A stretch of DNA of 64,000 bases, from positions 2,564 to 66,563 of the forward strand of contig NZHE01000006.1 in the NCBI GenBank assembly GCA_002691145.1, read 5' to 3'. Under the pieces are notes generated by a model. It saw nothing but the letters and a program-made list of their open reading frames with translations. It had not been told where the DNA came from and ran no database searches. Positions 1 to 9,351 of this stretch are shown in pieces. Source of the DNA: Rickettsiales bacterium (GTDB lineage: Bacteria; Pseudomonadota; Alphaproteobacteria; Methylaequorales; Methylaequoraceae). The translations under genes and the position numbers were made by a program. The first letter of the stretch is position 1. The number at the start of each line of letters is the position of its first letter.

Positions 1-171
1 GTAACTACAGTAACAGTGCAAATTGTTACATTACTAATTGGTGATCAAGAGTTTGATAGTGCGAAAACACTCTCAGCTTTTGCCTTAGGTATAACGCTTT
101 TTTTTATTACTTTATGCCTCAATGTTTTTGCACTAAAAATTGTTGATAAATATAGAGAAATATATGAGTGA
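1..171 (+). CDS. pstC: phosphate ABC transporter permease PstC, C-terminal fragment (5' end outside window)
   Basis: Frame 1 from base 1 reads ...[46 protein letters not shown] with TGA at 169-171. It has a hydrophobic terminal TM segment and lies directly upstream of pstA-pstB-phoU. Confidence 0.75.
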   Translation, partial: VTTVTVQIVTLLIGDQEFDSAKTLSAFALGITLFFITLCLNVFALKIVDKYREIYE

Positions 172-1435
172 AGTTACAGATCTTATCAAAAAATCGCTCA
201 AGAAAAGAAAAAGGGGTGAAAAAATTTTTAAATTTTACAGTATTTTAGGTATTTCCTCTGCAATTTTATTTTTAATAATCATACTTTCTTCGGTTTTCTT
301 AGAGGGCAAGAAAGCTTTTTTTAACACTCACATTAGATTAAATATATATTTTGATCCTTCAATTATTACCCCAAATGGAAATTTAGATGAAATAAAAGAT
401 GCAAATTTTCAGACTTTAATCAACAGCTCATTAAAAGAATATTTTCCTGAAATAAAAAAAAGAAAAGAAATTAGAGAGTTAAGAAAAATTGTCTCAAATG
501 GTGAAGCTGATGCGTTGCAAGAATTTGTAATAACTCAACCAACCTTAATCGGGAAAACGTCATTTGTATGGATTAAAGCAGCATCAACTTTTGATGTAAT
601 TCATAAAAATCCAGAGATGTTAAAATTACCTGAAGAGGACCGATTAATGAACAATAGGGAAATTAGAATTTTTGAACGATTAAAGGAAAATGATGATTTA
701 GATTTCAAATTTAATTTAACATTCTTCACAGCAGCAGATTCGACTGAGCCCGAACAAGCTGGAATTTTTGGTTCAATGTTGGGTTCATTTTTTACAATGC
801 TAGTGACCCTTATTTTATCTTTTCCGATTGCAGTGGCAGCAGGAATATTTTTAGAAGAGTTAGCTCCGAAAAACAAATTAACAAATTTCATCGAAGTAAA
901 TATCAATAATTTAGCCGCTGTGCCATCCATTATTTTTGGATTACTTGGACTAGCTATATTCTTAAATTTTATGCATTTACCAAGATCTGCTCCAATCGTA
1001 GGAGGAATGGTCCTAGCTTTAATGACTCTACCAACAATAATTATTGCAACAAGGGCTTCTCTCAAAGCGGTGCCACCATCTATTCGAGAAGCTGCTACTG
1101 GTTTAGGTGCAACCAAGCTTCAAACAGTAACTCATCATGTACTTCCTTTATCATTACCTGGAATTTTGACGGGAACCATAATTGGAATGTCACAATCCCT
1201 TGGAGAATCAGCACCTTTATTAATGATTGGTATGGTTGCCTTTATTGTAGATCCTCCAGGAAACTTTACAGATGCGGCAACGGTCTTGCCGGTCCAAATA
1301 TATTTATGGAAAAGCACGGCTGCACGTGGTTTCATAGAGTTGACAGCAGCTGGAGTATTAGTATTATTAACGTTTCTCGTACTAATGAATAGTTTAGCCG
1401 TTTACATAAGGAAAAAATATGAAGTTAAATGGTAA
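164..1435 (+). CDS. pstA: phosphate ABC transporter permease PstA
   Basis: The ORF runs 140..1435. The ATG at 164 overlaps the pstC stop (ATGAGTGA). Permease EAA-type loop [28 protein letters not shown], multiple TM segments, followed by pstB. Confidence 0.9.
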   Translation: MSEVTDLIKKSLKKRKRGEKIFKFYSILGISSAILFLIIILSSVFLEGKKAFFNTHIRLNIYFDPSIITPNGNLDEIKDANFQTLINSSLKEYFPEIKKRKEIRELRKIVSNGEADALQEFVITQPTLIGKTSFVWIKAASTFDVIHKNPEMLKLPEEDRLMNNREIRIFERLKENDDLDFKFNLTFFTAADSTEPEQAGIFGSMLGSFFTMLVTLILSFPIAVAAGIFLEELAPKNKLTNFIEVNINNLAAVPSIIFGLLGLAIFLNFMHLPRSAPIVGGMVLALMTLPTIIIATRASLKAVPPSIREAATGLGATKLQTVTHHVLPLSLPGILTGTIIGMSQSLGESAPLLMIGMVAFIVDPPGNFTDAATVLPVQIYLWKSTAARGFIELTAAGVLVLLTFLVLMNSLAVYIRKKYEVKW

Positions 1436-2192
1436 TAACGCAAAAATTGTTAGTGACAAAATTACCGTTACCTATGGTCAAAAAAAAGCTTTAGATAATA
1501 TAAGTTTAAAAATTTATGAAAACCAAGTTACCTCTTTAATAGGACCAAGTGGTTGCGGCAAATCAACTTTTTTAAGATGTATTAATAGAATGAATGACAC
1601 AATTTCAAATTGCATAATTCAAGGAAAAATAACTATCGATAAACAGAATATTTACCATGAGGATGTAGACCCTGTGCTTTTAAGATCCAGGGTAGGAATG
1701 GTTTTTCAAAAACCTAACCCGTTTCCAAAGTCTATTTTCGATAATATTGCTTACGGACCAAGTATTCATGGTCTTGCCAATAATAAAGATGAACTTGAAG
1801 ATATTGTTGTTAAAAGTCTGAAACGTGCAGGGCTATTTGAAGAGGTTAAAGATAGGATGAATGAAACTGGAACCTCTTTGTCCGGTGGACAGCAACAAAG
1901 GCTTTGCATAGCAAGAGCGATAGCGGTGAGTCCAGAAATAATTTTGATGGATGAACCTTGCTCAGCACTTGATCCAATTGCTACAGCTGTTGTTGAAGAA
2001 CTTATTGATGATCTTGCAAAAAATTATACAATTGTAATTGTGACTCATTCTATGCAACAAGCAGCGAGAGTTTCACAACAGACTGCTTTTTTTCATATGG
2101 GAAATTTAATAGAGGTCGGATTAACAGAAAAAATATTTTCTATTCCTCAGGAAAAAAGAACCCAAGATTACATTACAGGAAAGATAGGATAA
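1419..2192 (+). CDS. pstB: phosphate ABC transporter ATP-binding protein PstB
   Basis: Walker [13 protein letters not shown] signature [14 protein letters not shown], Walker [13 protein letters not shown]. Context is pstA-pstB-phoU. Confidence 0.95.
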   Translation: MKLNGNNAKIVSDKITVTYGQKKALDNISLKIYENQVTSLIGPSGCGKSTFLRCINRMNDTISNCIIQGKITIDKQNIYHEDVDPVLLRSRVGMVFQKPNPFPKSIFDNIAYGPSIHGLANNKDELEDIVVKSLKRAGLFEEVKDRMNETGTSLSGGQQQRLCIARAIAVSPEIILMDEPCSALDPIATAVVEELIDDLAKNYTIVIVTHSMQQAARVSQQTAFFHMGNLIEVGLTEKIFSIPQEKRTQDYITGKIG

Positions 2193-2194
2193 CC

Positions 2195-2854
2195 ATGGAA
2201 AAACATATTGTCACAACCTATGATAATGATCTTGAATCATTAAAAAATAATCTTTTAGAAATGTGTGTGCTTGTTGAGAAACAGTTATTTATGAGTGTAG
2301 AAATTCTTAAAATCAGTAATGAAGAAAAAATTAAAAAAATATTAGCAACCGAGAACCAAGTCAACAAACTTGAATTAAAAATCAGAGAAATGGCGACTAA
2401 TACACTATCAAAAAGACAACCATTAGCAGATGATCTTAGACAAATAATTATATCAATTAAAATTTCTTCAATAATTGAAAGAATCGGAGATCACTCAGCA
2501 AATATCGCAAAAAGAGTTTCTCAAGCTGATATTACACCTCGTGATTACACAACTGATTCAATTTTTAGATTAGGTCAATCTGTAAGAAATATCGTGTCAT
2601 TAGCAGTGAATGCATATTCCTCTGAAAATGAAGAATTAGCATCATCTATACCAGTTGAAGATAAACAAATTGATCTATTATATGAGACATGTTTCAGAGA
2701 GCACATTGTCTTAATGATGGAATCTTATAAAACTATCGGTTATTTGACACAAATGATTTTTATTTCGAAAGAATTAGAAAGAATTGGTGATTTAACAAAA
2801 TCAATATCAAAAGAAGTACTTTATTCATTAAAAGGAAAGTTGATGAAATATTAA
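2195..2854 (+). CDS. phoU: phosphate signalling complex protein PhoU
   Basis: Two PhoU repeats with ERIGDHSANIAKR and ERIGDLTKSISKE. About 219 aa, immediately after pstB. Confidence 0.92.
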   Translation: MEKHIVTTYDNDLESLKNNLLEMCVLVEKQLFMSVEILKISNEEKIKKILATENQVNKLELKIREMATNTLSKRQPLADDLRQIIISIKISSIIERIGDHSANIAKRVSQADITPRDYTTDSIFRLGQSVRNIVSLAVNAYSSENEELASSIPVEDKQIDLLYETCFREHIVLMMESYKTIGYLTQMIFISKELERIGDLTKSISKEVLYSLKGKLMKY

Positions 2855-3546
2855 TGAAAAAAAATATTATAGTCGCAGAAGACGATTTGTCCCTATTGCC
2901 CATGATTAGTTATAATTTAAAAAAAAATAATTTTAGTGTAAGAGAGGCAAGAAATGGTGAAGAAGCAAATATTTTAATAAGAGAGCAAATACCAGATTTA
3001 GTTATCTTGGATTGGATGATGCCTGAACCAAACGGAATTGAACTTTGTAAAATGTTAAGAATTAACAAAAATACCAAAAACTTACCTATTATAATTTTAA
3101 CAGCTAAAGAAGAAGAGGGAGATAAAGTTCATGGCCTCAATTCAGGTGCTGACGATTATATTGTTAAACCTTTTAGTCCGTCCGAATTAATAGCTAGGGT
3201 CCAAGCATTGTTGAGGAGAAGTGGTTATTTAAGTAATTCAAAGATAAGTTACGGTGATATTGAAGTTGATATAAAGTCATTAAAAGTTTTTAGAAAGAAA
3301 AAAAGAATACATCTAGGACCAATAGAATTAAAAATATTACGACTCCTCATTGCAAATCCAGGAAGTGTATTTAGTAGAGAACAACTGCTTAATAGAGTTT
3401 GGGGTCATGGAGTTTTTATTGAGCAAAGAACTGTGGACACACATATCAGAAGATTAAGAAAAGCTATAAACATCGATAACTGTGAAGACATCATAAGAAC
3501 AGTTAGAGGTTCTGGCTACTCAATCGATTTAGAAAAAAATTCATAA
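2854..3546 (+). CDS. phoB: phosphate regulon response regulator PhoB (OmpR family)
   Basis: Receiver motifs IIVAEDD, DLVILDWMMP, ILTAK, VKPF. Winged-helix motif RTVDTHIRRLRKAI...RTVRGSGYS. A 1-nt TAATG overlap with phoU. Confidence 0.88.
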   Translation: MKKNIIVAEDDLSLLPMISYNLKKNNFSVREARNGEEANILIREQIPDLVILDWMMPEPNGIELCKMLRINKNTKNLPIIILTAKEEEGDKVHGLNSGADDYIVKPFSPSELIARVQALLRRSGYLSNSKISYGDIEVDIKSLKVFRKKKRIHLGPIELKILRLLIANPGSVFSREQLLNRVWGHGVFIEQRTVDTHIRRLRKAINIDNCEDIIRTVRGSGYSIDLEKNS

Positions 3547-3586
3547 AAATTCTTGTTTACAATTAATTATTTTCATAAGTTATTTT

Positions 3587-5560
3587 ATGGATAAGGATAA
3601 TGGAATTACTTTTATTATAACTGTTTATAATAAAGAAAAATTTTTAAAAAATACTCTTAACTCAGTTCTCGAGAATCTAGTTACAAATTCTGAAGTAATA
3701 ATTGTTGACGATGGCTCGACTGATAATTCAAAAAAAATTATAAAATCATTTATTAAAAAATTTAAAGTACCAGTAAAATTTATTAAACAAGAAAACAGTG
3801 GTCCGAGTAAAGCAATCAATAATGCTCTAAAATTTGTAAATTATAGTCATATAAAAATGGTAGACGGAGATGACATACTAGCACCCAAAATCTCTCAATT
3901 TATGAAAGAAGAAATGCAAAAATCAAAATTGGACTTACTCTATGGAAATTGGGTATGGGCAGATAATTATTCAAAATATAATTTTGATAAAGAGATCCAT
4001 GACGTAAAAATATTTAAAAACGCATTTGAAAAATTTTTAATATCAGGATGGGGAGGTTGTAGTAATTCAATGATGACATACAAGGCCTTGTTTGATGTGG
4101 GCGGATGTGATGAAGAGAGTTTTATTCAAGATTATTCTATTCCATTACGCATTGCCGGTTATCATTTTAAGGGAAAAGAATTAGCGCCCAAAAAGATTGG
4201 TATTACCAAAAAAATTATCTGTGTAGGGCCAAAATTTCAAGAAAAAAGAATTATGGGTAATGATGCACAGACATTGCACGATCTCTCGATAGTCGCTGTT
4301 AATTACTTACAAAGACATCCATATGTATGCAGAAAACTTAAAAGAAAATGCCTGAAGAAAATAAATGGAAGATTATGGAAATGGGAAAAAAGAAAAAACA
4401 ATCTGTCATTATTTTCTCAAAAAAATTACGACTTTATTAAGTCATATTTATTTACTGACCAAAATTTAAAAAAATTAAAATTTAAAATATTAAATGCATG
4501 GAAAGGAAATTCAAATATTAGAATATTAACAAATAATGATAATTGTAACAATATATTAATCTACGTTGGTCTTGATCTGCTCGGAGATGGTATTATAAAG
4601 GTCCCTTTTTTAAGAAATATTAGAAAAAACTTTCCAAATAGTAATATAACTTGGCTTGCAGGAAAGGGAAATTCAGTCATGAATGGATCCTTAAAACCGA
4701 TTACTTTTAATTTAATAGATAGGATAATTGAAAATGCTCATATTGGTGAAGACTGGAAAGAACTTTTTAAAAAACCTAAAATTGATAAAAAGTATGATAT
4801 TATTATCGATACTCAAAAAAGATTTTTGACAACACTCATATTAAAAAAACTGAAGCACGAAATTTTTATTTCACCAAGTTGCAAATATTACTTTTCGGAT
4901 CTAGTACCTTGTAACAAAAAGGAACCAAATCTAATCAAAGAATTATTAAATCTTAGTCTTTTATTTGATAAAAACGAAAAAGAAAAAATAACAGACTTAC
5001 CTTTAAATCGAAAATTAAGAGCTTCTGACAAGAACTATCTCAAGAAGTTTAAAAATGATAAAGTGGCAATCTGTCCTGGAGCATCGAATAATTTTAAAAG
5101 ATGGCCGTTGGAAAGATTTATACTAGTGGGAAAATATTTATTATCAAAAAATATAAGCCCTATTTTCTTTCTCGGGCCCAATGAAATAGATTTCTACAAG
5201 GACTTGAAAGTTGTGCTGCCTGCTGCTGGGTTTCCAATTCAAGAAAATAAAAATATTAACTATTCACCAGATTTTACGATGTTATTCGCAAAATATTGTA
5301 AGCTCGGCATTTCAAATGATACTGGATGTGGGCACCTACTTGCAAACGCTGGGTTACCCATAATTAGTTTATTTGGACCAACAAACTATAAAAAATTTTC
5401 AACACTTGATCCTACCAACCAAAATATAAACTTATCATCTAAAGTCCTTTCAAATACAAATAATATTGAAGATATACCTGTAGATGCTGTAATACATTCA
5501 ATAAATAAAATTCTTTTTAGAAAAATTAAAAATTCGAAAAAGTCTCAGCGTCTGGTCTAG
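3587..5560 (+). CDS. bifunctional-looking glycosyltransferase: N-terminal GT2 domain fused to C-terminal GT9 (heptosyltransferase-like) domain
   Basis: N-terminus: ITFIITVYNKEKFL...VIIVDDGSTDNS and a DGDD DxD-type motif (GT2). C-terminus: ILIYVGLDLLGDGIIKVPFLRNIRKNFPNSNITWLAG, ICPGASNNFKRWPLERF and NDTGCGHLLANAGLPIISLFGPTN (GT9 hallmarks). Confidence 0.75.
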   Translation: MDKDNGITFIITVYNKEKFLKNTLNSVLENLVTNSEVIIVDDGSTDNSKKIIKSFIKKFKVPVKFIKQENSGPSKAINNALKFVNYSHIKMVDGDDILAPKISQFMKEEMQKSKLDLLYGNWVWADNYSKYNFDKEIHDVKIFKNAFEKFLISGWGGCSNSMMTYKALFDVGGCDEESFIQDYSIPLRIAGYHFKGKELAPKKIGITKKIICVGPKFQEKRIMGNDAQTLHDLSIVAVNYLQRHPYVCRKLKRKCLKKINGRLWKWEKRKNNLSLFSQKNYDFIKSYLFTDQNLKKLKFKILNAWKGNSNIRILTNNDNCNNILIYVGLDLLGDGIIKVPFLRNIRKNFPNSNITWLAGKGNSVMNGSLKPITFNLIDRIIENAHIGEDWKELFKKPKIDKKYDIIIDTQKRFLTTLILKKLKHEIFISPSCKYYFSDLVPCNKKEPNLIKELLNLSLLFDKNEKEKITDLPLNRKLRASDKNYLKKFKNDKVAICPGASNNFKRWPLERFILVGKYLLSKNISPIFFLGPNEIDFYKDLKVVLPAAGFPIQENKNINYSPDFTMLFAKYCKLGISNDTGCGHLLANAGLPIISLFGPTNYKKFSTLDPTNQNINLSSKVLSNTNNIEDIPVDAVIHSINKILFRKIKNSKKSQRLV

Positions 5561-6500
5561 CACCATACTGTGATAAAATTCTTGCAGCTGTCTCACATCC
5601 AAAATTTATAGATTTTTGAAATGATTTACCTTGATTTAGTTTAAATAATACACCCGCAGCAAACATGTCGCCTGCTCCGGTAGAATCAATAATATTATTA
5701 TTTACTGTTGCACTGAAATCTTCAAATTCTTTGTTGTAAAATAAAGTAGCACCATTTTCTCCTGAAGTCATAATAGTCTTGCTTACAATTTCTTTTAAAT
5801 TTTGTAAAATATTTTCTTTTGTGATCTCTTCAGTTAGTGATTTTATTTCATTTTCATTTCCAATCAATAGATCAACATCATTTTTTATAAAGTTGATAAA
5901 ATCATTTTTATACATTTTGGTCAATCCTGAATCAGAAAGGGAGAAAGCAACTAAAATCTTTTTCTGTTTTGAAAAATAAATTGCTTTTTTAATTGCTTCC
6001 CTGGCTTTTTCCGAACTCCATAGATAACCCTCTACAAATAAAATAGAGGAATTTAGGAAGAATTTTTCCTCTATGTCAACTTCACTCAGGTGGACACTTG
6101 CACCTAAAAATGTTTGCATTGTTCTTTCTCCGTCTTTCGTGACAAATACTTGACAACTAGCAGTCCCAGGACCAGTCTTTGCAGGTCTGCACAGGAAATC
6201 AACACCACTATCTGAAATATTTTGTATGAACTTCCTTCCAGAATCATCATCAAAAACCTTACCACAAAATGATGATTTGCCACCCAAAATTCCAATCCCT
6301 GCAATAGTATTTGCTACTGAGCCTCCAGATGTTGTTTTAATAACATTCATTTTCTCAATTGATTTTTCTGAATGAGACTTAGTAACAATTTTCATTTGTC
6401 CTTTTGTAAGATTTAGATTTGCTAGGTCATTTTCAGAGCAAGATATAATTATGTCTAAGACAGCGTTACCCATGCCTATTATCGATAAATTTTTATTCAT
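5526..6500 (-). CDS. PfkB-family carbohydrate/nucleoside kinase (adenosine-kinase-like)
   Basis: N-terminal GGSVANT and C-terminal DSTGAGDMFAAGVLF PfkB signatures. 324 aa. Confidence 0.85.
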   Translation of the reverse strand: MNKNLSIIGMGNAVLDIIISCSENDLANLNLTKGQMKIVTKSHSEKSIEKMNVIKTTSGGSVANTIAGIGILGGKSSFCGKVFDDDSGRKFIQNISDSGVDFLCRPAKTGPGTASCQVFVTKDGERTMQTFLGASVHLSEVDIEEKFFLNSSILFVEGYLWSSEKAREAIKKAIYFSKQKKILVAFSLSDSGLTKMYKNDFINFIKNDVDLLIGNENEIKSLTEEITKENILQNLKEIVSKTIMTSGENGATLFYNKEFEDFSATVNNNIIDSTGAGDMFAAGVLFKLNQGKSFQKSINFGCETAARILSQYGARPDAETFSNF

Positions 6501-6583
6501 TACATTACTATAAATTTTTTAATTTAGATTAATATTAATTAATATAAACTTTAAATTATAGGTTTTTTATTTATATTTATAAT

Positions 6584-7039
6584 ATGGCAAATGATATTTT
6601 TTTAAATATTACAATCTATCCACATCGGAGTCTTTCTAAAAAAGGATTTTCAATTCTAATGAGTATTATAATTATTTTGTGTTCTGCAGGAGGTATTATT
6701 TTTTGGTACTTAGGAGCATGGCCTGTTTTTGGTTTTTTTGGACTAGACATCATACTTATTTATTTTGCTTTTAAAATAAATTATAGAAGCGGAGAAATCT
6801 ATGAGAGACTTCTTATTGCATCTAGAAAACTAAAAATCTCAAGGTGCTTCCCTTCGGGTAAGATTCAAACTTGGGACCTTGACCCTCAACTAGCTTGCGT
6901 AGAATTAATAAAAGTTAACAATAATTCCCAACTTTTGATAAAGTCCGATGAAAAAGTAGTATCAATCGGTTCTTTTTTAAATTTATTTGATAAGGAAAAA
7001 TTAGAGAAAAGGATTAATGATTGTTTAAAAAAACTCTAA
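6584..7039 (+). CDS. DUF2244-family integral membrane protein
   Basis: HRSLSKKGFSILMSIIIILCSAGGIIFWYLGAWPVFGFFGLDIILIYFAFKINYRS matches the two-TM DUF2244 pattern as I remember it from alphaproteobacteria. Confidence 0.65.
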   Translation: MANDIFLNITIYPHRSLSKKGFSILMSIIIILCSAGGIIFWYLGAWPVFGFFGLDIILIYFAFKINYRSGEIYERLLIASRKLKISRCFPSGKIQTWDLDPQLACVELIKVNNNSQLLIKSDEKVVSIGSFLNLFDKEKLEKRINDCLKKL

Positions 7040-7987
7040 GTGAATATAAACATAAAAAAAAATAAACTTTCAAATAATTTTCTAGATTATTTTTCGTTAT
7101 TCATTCTATCAGCTATCTGGGGAAGTTCATTTCTTTTTATAAAAATTTCTGTTGAAACAATTCCTCCATCAGTTTTGACTTTTTTAAGACTACTAATCGC
7201 CTCCTTTTTTTTGATTATTTATCTTAAAATCTTCACTAATATAAGGATTTTTGAAAAAAAGAAGTTTAAACAAATGATTCTAATAGCAGTTTTAGGTAAT
7301 GTTATACCTTTCAATCTAATCGCATGGAGTGAAACTAACATAGATAGTGTTGTTGCAGCATGTTTGATTGGAATGATGCCAATTTTTACATATATAATTA
7401 GTAACTTTTTTAATCCCAATGAAAAGATAAATATAAGAATTTTTTTTGGATTAATAGTTAGTTTTTTTGGAATGTGCTTTCTTATTTTTAATGAAAATAA
7501 TTTTTCTACATACTCAGTAGACTTTATATCAAACCTCTTAGTTGTATTAGCTGCAATAAGCTATGCTGTTTCAGCAAATTATGTGAGGAAGTTTCGCAAC
7601 ACTTCAGCATTACAAGTAGCAACCTCCTCGACTATTATAGCAACAGTAATCTCATTACCAGTTTTTTTGTGTTTTTTATTTATAAATGAAACCGAAGACT
7701 ACATTTCAATTTTCCGTTTAATTTCAGTTAAAAGCTCCATTTCATGTTTGGTGCTAGGTCTTTTGTGCACTGGCTTTGCGGTTGTTGTTTTTTTTCGATT
7801 GATTAAAAATCAAGGCCCTGGTTTTGCAAGTCAAAGTAACTTTTTTATTCCAGTTTTTGGCATAATTTGGTCATATATTTTCTTGGATGAGAACCTGACA
7901 TTAAAATTGTATCTAAGTACTATATTAATTGTTGCAGGACTTTTTTTTATTCATTACGGTAGAAAGCTAAACCAAAAAATACAGTAA
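7040..7987 (+). CDS. EamA/DMT-superfamily transporter
   Basis: About 10 predicted TM segments in two EamA-like halves, 315 aa. GTG start directly after the preceding stop. Confidence 0.75.
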   Translation: MNINIKKNKLSNNFLDYFSLFILSAIWGSSFLFIKISVETIPPSVLTFLRLLIASFFLIIYLKIFTNIRIFEKKKFKQMILIAVLGNVIPFNLIAWSETNIDSVVAACLIGMMPIFTYIISNFFNPNEKINIRIFFGLIVSFFGMCFLIFNENNFSTYSVDFISNLLVVLAAISYAVSANYVRKFRNTSALQVATSSTIIATVISLPVFLCFLFINETEDYISIFRLISVKSSISCLVLGLLCTGFAVVVFFRLIKNQGPGFASQSNFFIPVFGIIWSYIFLDENLTLKLYLSTILIVAGLFFIHYGRKLNQKIQ

Positions 7988-7988
7988 A

Positions 7989-8543
7989 CTAATTTTCATT
8001 AACGCTATTCAGTTCAATAATTTCTGGCGTCTCGCCAACTTTATATTCTTTAGGTTTAAACTCAGGTTTTACGTCACCCTCTGGTTTATAAATTACTTTT
8101 ACTACATTTTGAAAATTGAATCTGGCGCGCTCTAAAACTGATTCTGCATATCCAACAGAGCCACCTAACCATGCTTGATCCTCAAGCATATTTACAGCTG
8201 TTATCATTATTTCTGACGCCTCAACCACTGAATTGTGAATGTCTCTTATTTCCTTAGAATTTGGTAACTCTAACTTCTTTAGCTCATCTGGTCTTCCTAG
8301 TTTAACAAGATGTCCCTTTATTATTTCTTCGGCCTCTTTAAAATGGTCCTCATCAGCTCTCCCGCTACTCATACTATGAGCTTCGAGAAGTCTACCCTGC
8401 ATTATCAATGCGTTCCCCAAATGTCCTAATCTAATATCCATGATTTCTTTATATTTATCGATATCTTGTTGACTTAATTTTTCTTCACAAGAATTAAGAA
8501 AAATACAAAAAATAAATAAAAAGTATACTCTTAGTTGTTTCAT
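7989..8543 (-). CDS. hypothetical lipoprotein
   Basis: Signal peptide plus lipobox FLNSC at the N-terminus. The rest is charged and helical with no family I recognise. Confidence 0.55.
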   Translation of the reverse strand: MKQLRVYFLFIFCIFLNSCEEKLSQQDIDKYKEIMDIRLGHLGNALIMQGRLLEAHSMSSGRADEDHFKEAEEIIKGHLVKLGRPDELKKLELPNSKEIRDIHNSVVEASEIMITAVNMLEDQAWLGGSVGYAESVLERARFNFQNVVKVIYKPEGDVKPEFKPKEYKVGETPEIIELNSVNEN

Positions 8544-8560
8544 TATTAAACTCCTTAAAT

Positions 8561-9343
8561 CTAAATTAACATATCTTTAACACTATATAAACCAGGAGAT
8601 TGATTTCTTATCCACAATGAAGCTTTAAGAGCTCCTTGAGAAAATATCTTTCTCGAAGAAGCCATATGACTGAGCTGTATTCTTTCTCCATCCATCAAAA
8701 ACATAACACTGTGCTCTCCAACAACGTCTCCTCCCCTAATAGAGGAAAAACCTATATCTCCACTTGCTCTTTCACTTTCAAAATTTATTCCTCTGTATAC
8801 AAATTTACCAGTAGATGATTTATTTCTGCCTTTATTAACATGTTCACCTAAAGTGAGTGCTGTTCCAGATGGCGCGTCTTTTTTGTATTTGTGGTGCGAT
8901 TCAACAATTTCCACATCAACATTTTCGCCAAGTTTCCCTGAAATAATTTCAGTTAAATGAAATGCTAAGTTAACGCCTAAACTCATATTTGAAGATCTCA
9001 AGATCTTTAATCCATTTATGTTTTCTAAGAAAATATTTTCTTGTTCTTTATTAAAACCAGTTGTTCCTACTATTAGGGCTGTGTCTTTTTTTTTTCTAAG
9101 ACAATCTATAAGATTTAAAGTTGAGAGGGGAGAAGTAAAATCAATTATAACCTCGCTTTGTATAACTAGTTCCTCAATATCATCTATGATTTTTAGTCCA
9201 TGATAAATTTTCCCCACATCTTCATGATCAGGTTTCTCGCATAAGGCCGATAGTTTTATTTCAGGGAACCCTTCAGATTCTTTGATAATACTCTGCCCCA
9301 TTCTTCCTTTTGGACCGAGAATACCGAGATTTATTTTTTTCAT
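8561..9343 (-). CDS. dapB: 4-hydroxy-tetrahydrodipicolinate reductase
   Basis: N-terminal GILGPKGRMG nucleotide-binding motif and ESHHKYKKDAPSGTAL signature. Confidence 0.93.
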   Translation of the reverse strand: MKKINLGILGPKGRMGQSIIKESEGFPEIKLSALCEKPDHEDVGKIYHGLKIIDDIEELVIQSEVIIDFTSPLSTLNLIDCLRKKKDTALIVGTTGFNKEQENIFLENINGLKILRSSNMSLGVNLAFHLTEIISGKLGENVDVEIVESHHKYKKDAPSGTALTLGEHVNKGRNKSSTGKFVYRGINFESERASGDIGFSSIRGGDVVGEHSVMFLMDGERIQLSHMASSRKIFSQGALKASLWIRNQSPGLYSVKDMLI

Positions 9344-9351
9344 GAAATTAC

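Noticed and set aside
601-1116. Long antisense ORFs opposite real genes. Examples: 601-1116 opposite pstA, 11268-11666 opposite dnaK, 35801-36235 opposite mnmG, 43040-43435 opposite leuS, 57675-58196 opposite the CapD-like gene.
   Set aside because: Each lies fully inside a strongly supported conserved gene on the other strand. Their translations are low-complexity with no recognisable motifs. They are typical shadow ORFs.
4403-4420. Pho-box-like CTGTCAT-N4-TTCTCAA inside the GT2-GT9 gene, plus a weak TTGTTTA...TAATTAT in the phoB-GT spacer.
   Set aside because: Only one half-site matches the CTGTCAT consensus. The first is intragenic and the second has poor identity. This is not enough to call a PhoB operator.
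6532-6545. Perfect 14-bp palindrome ATATTAATTAATAT in the divergent pfkB/DUF2244 promoter spacer.
   Set aside because: It is composed only of A/T in an AT-only spacer, where palindromes of this size arise easily by chance. No second copy or associated regulator was seen.
8608-8616. A perfect consensus DnaA box TTATCCACA inside dapB.
   Set aside because: It is isolated, intragenic and 21 kb from the clustered boxes. At this base composition roughly one perfect 9-mer per 64 kb (both strands) is expected by chance.
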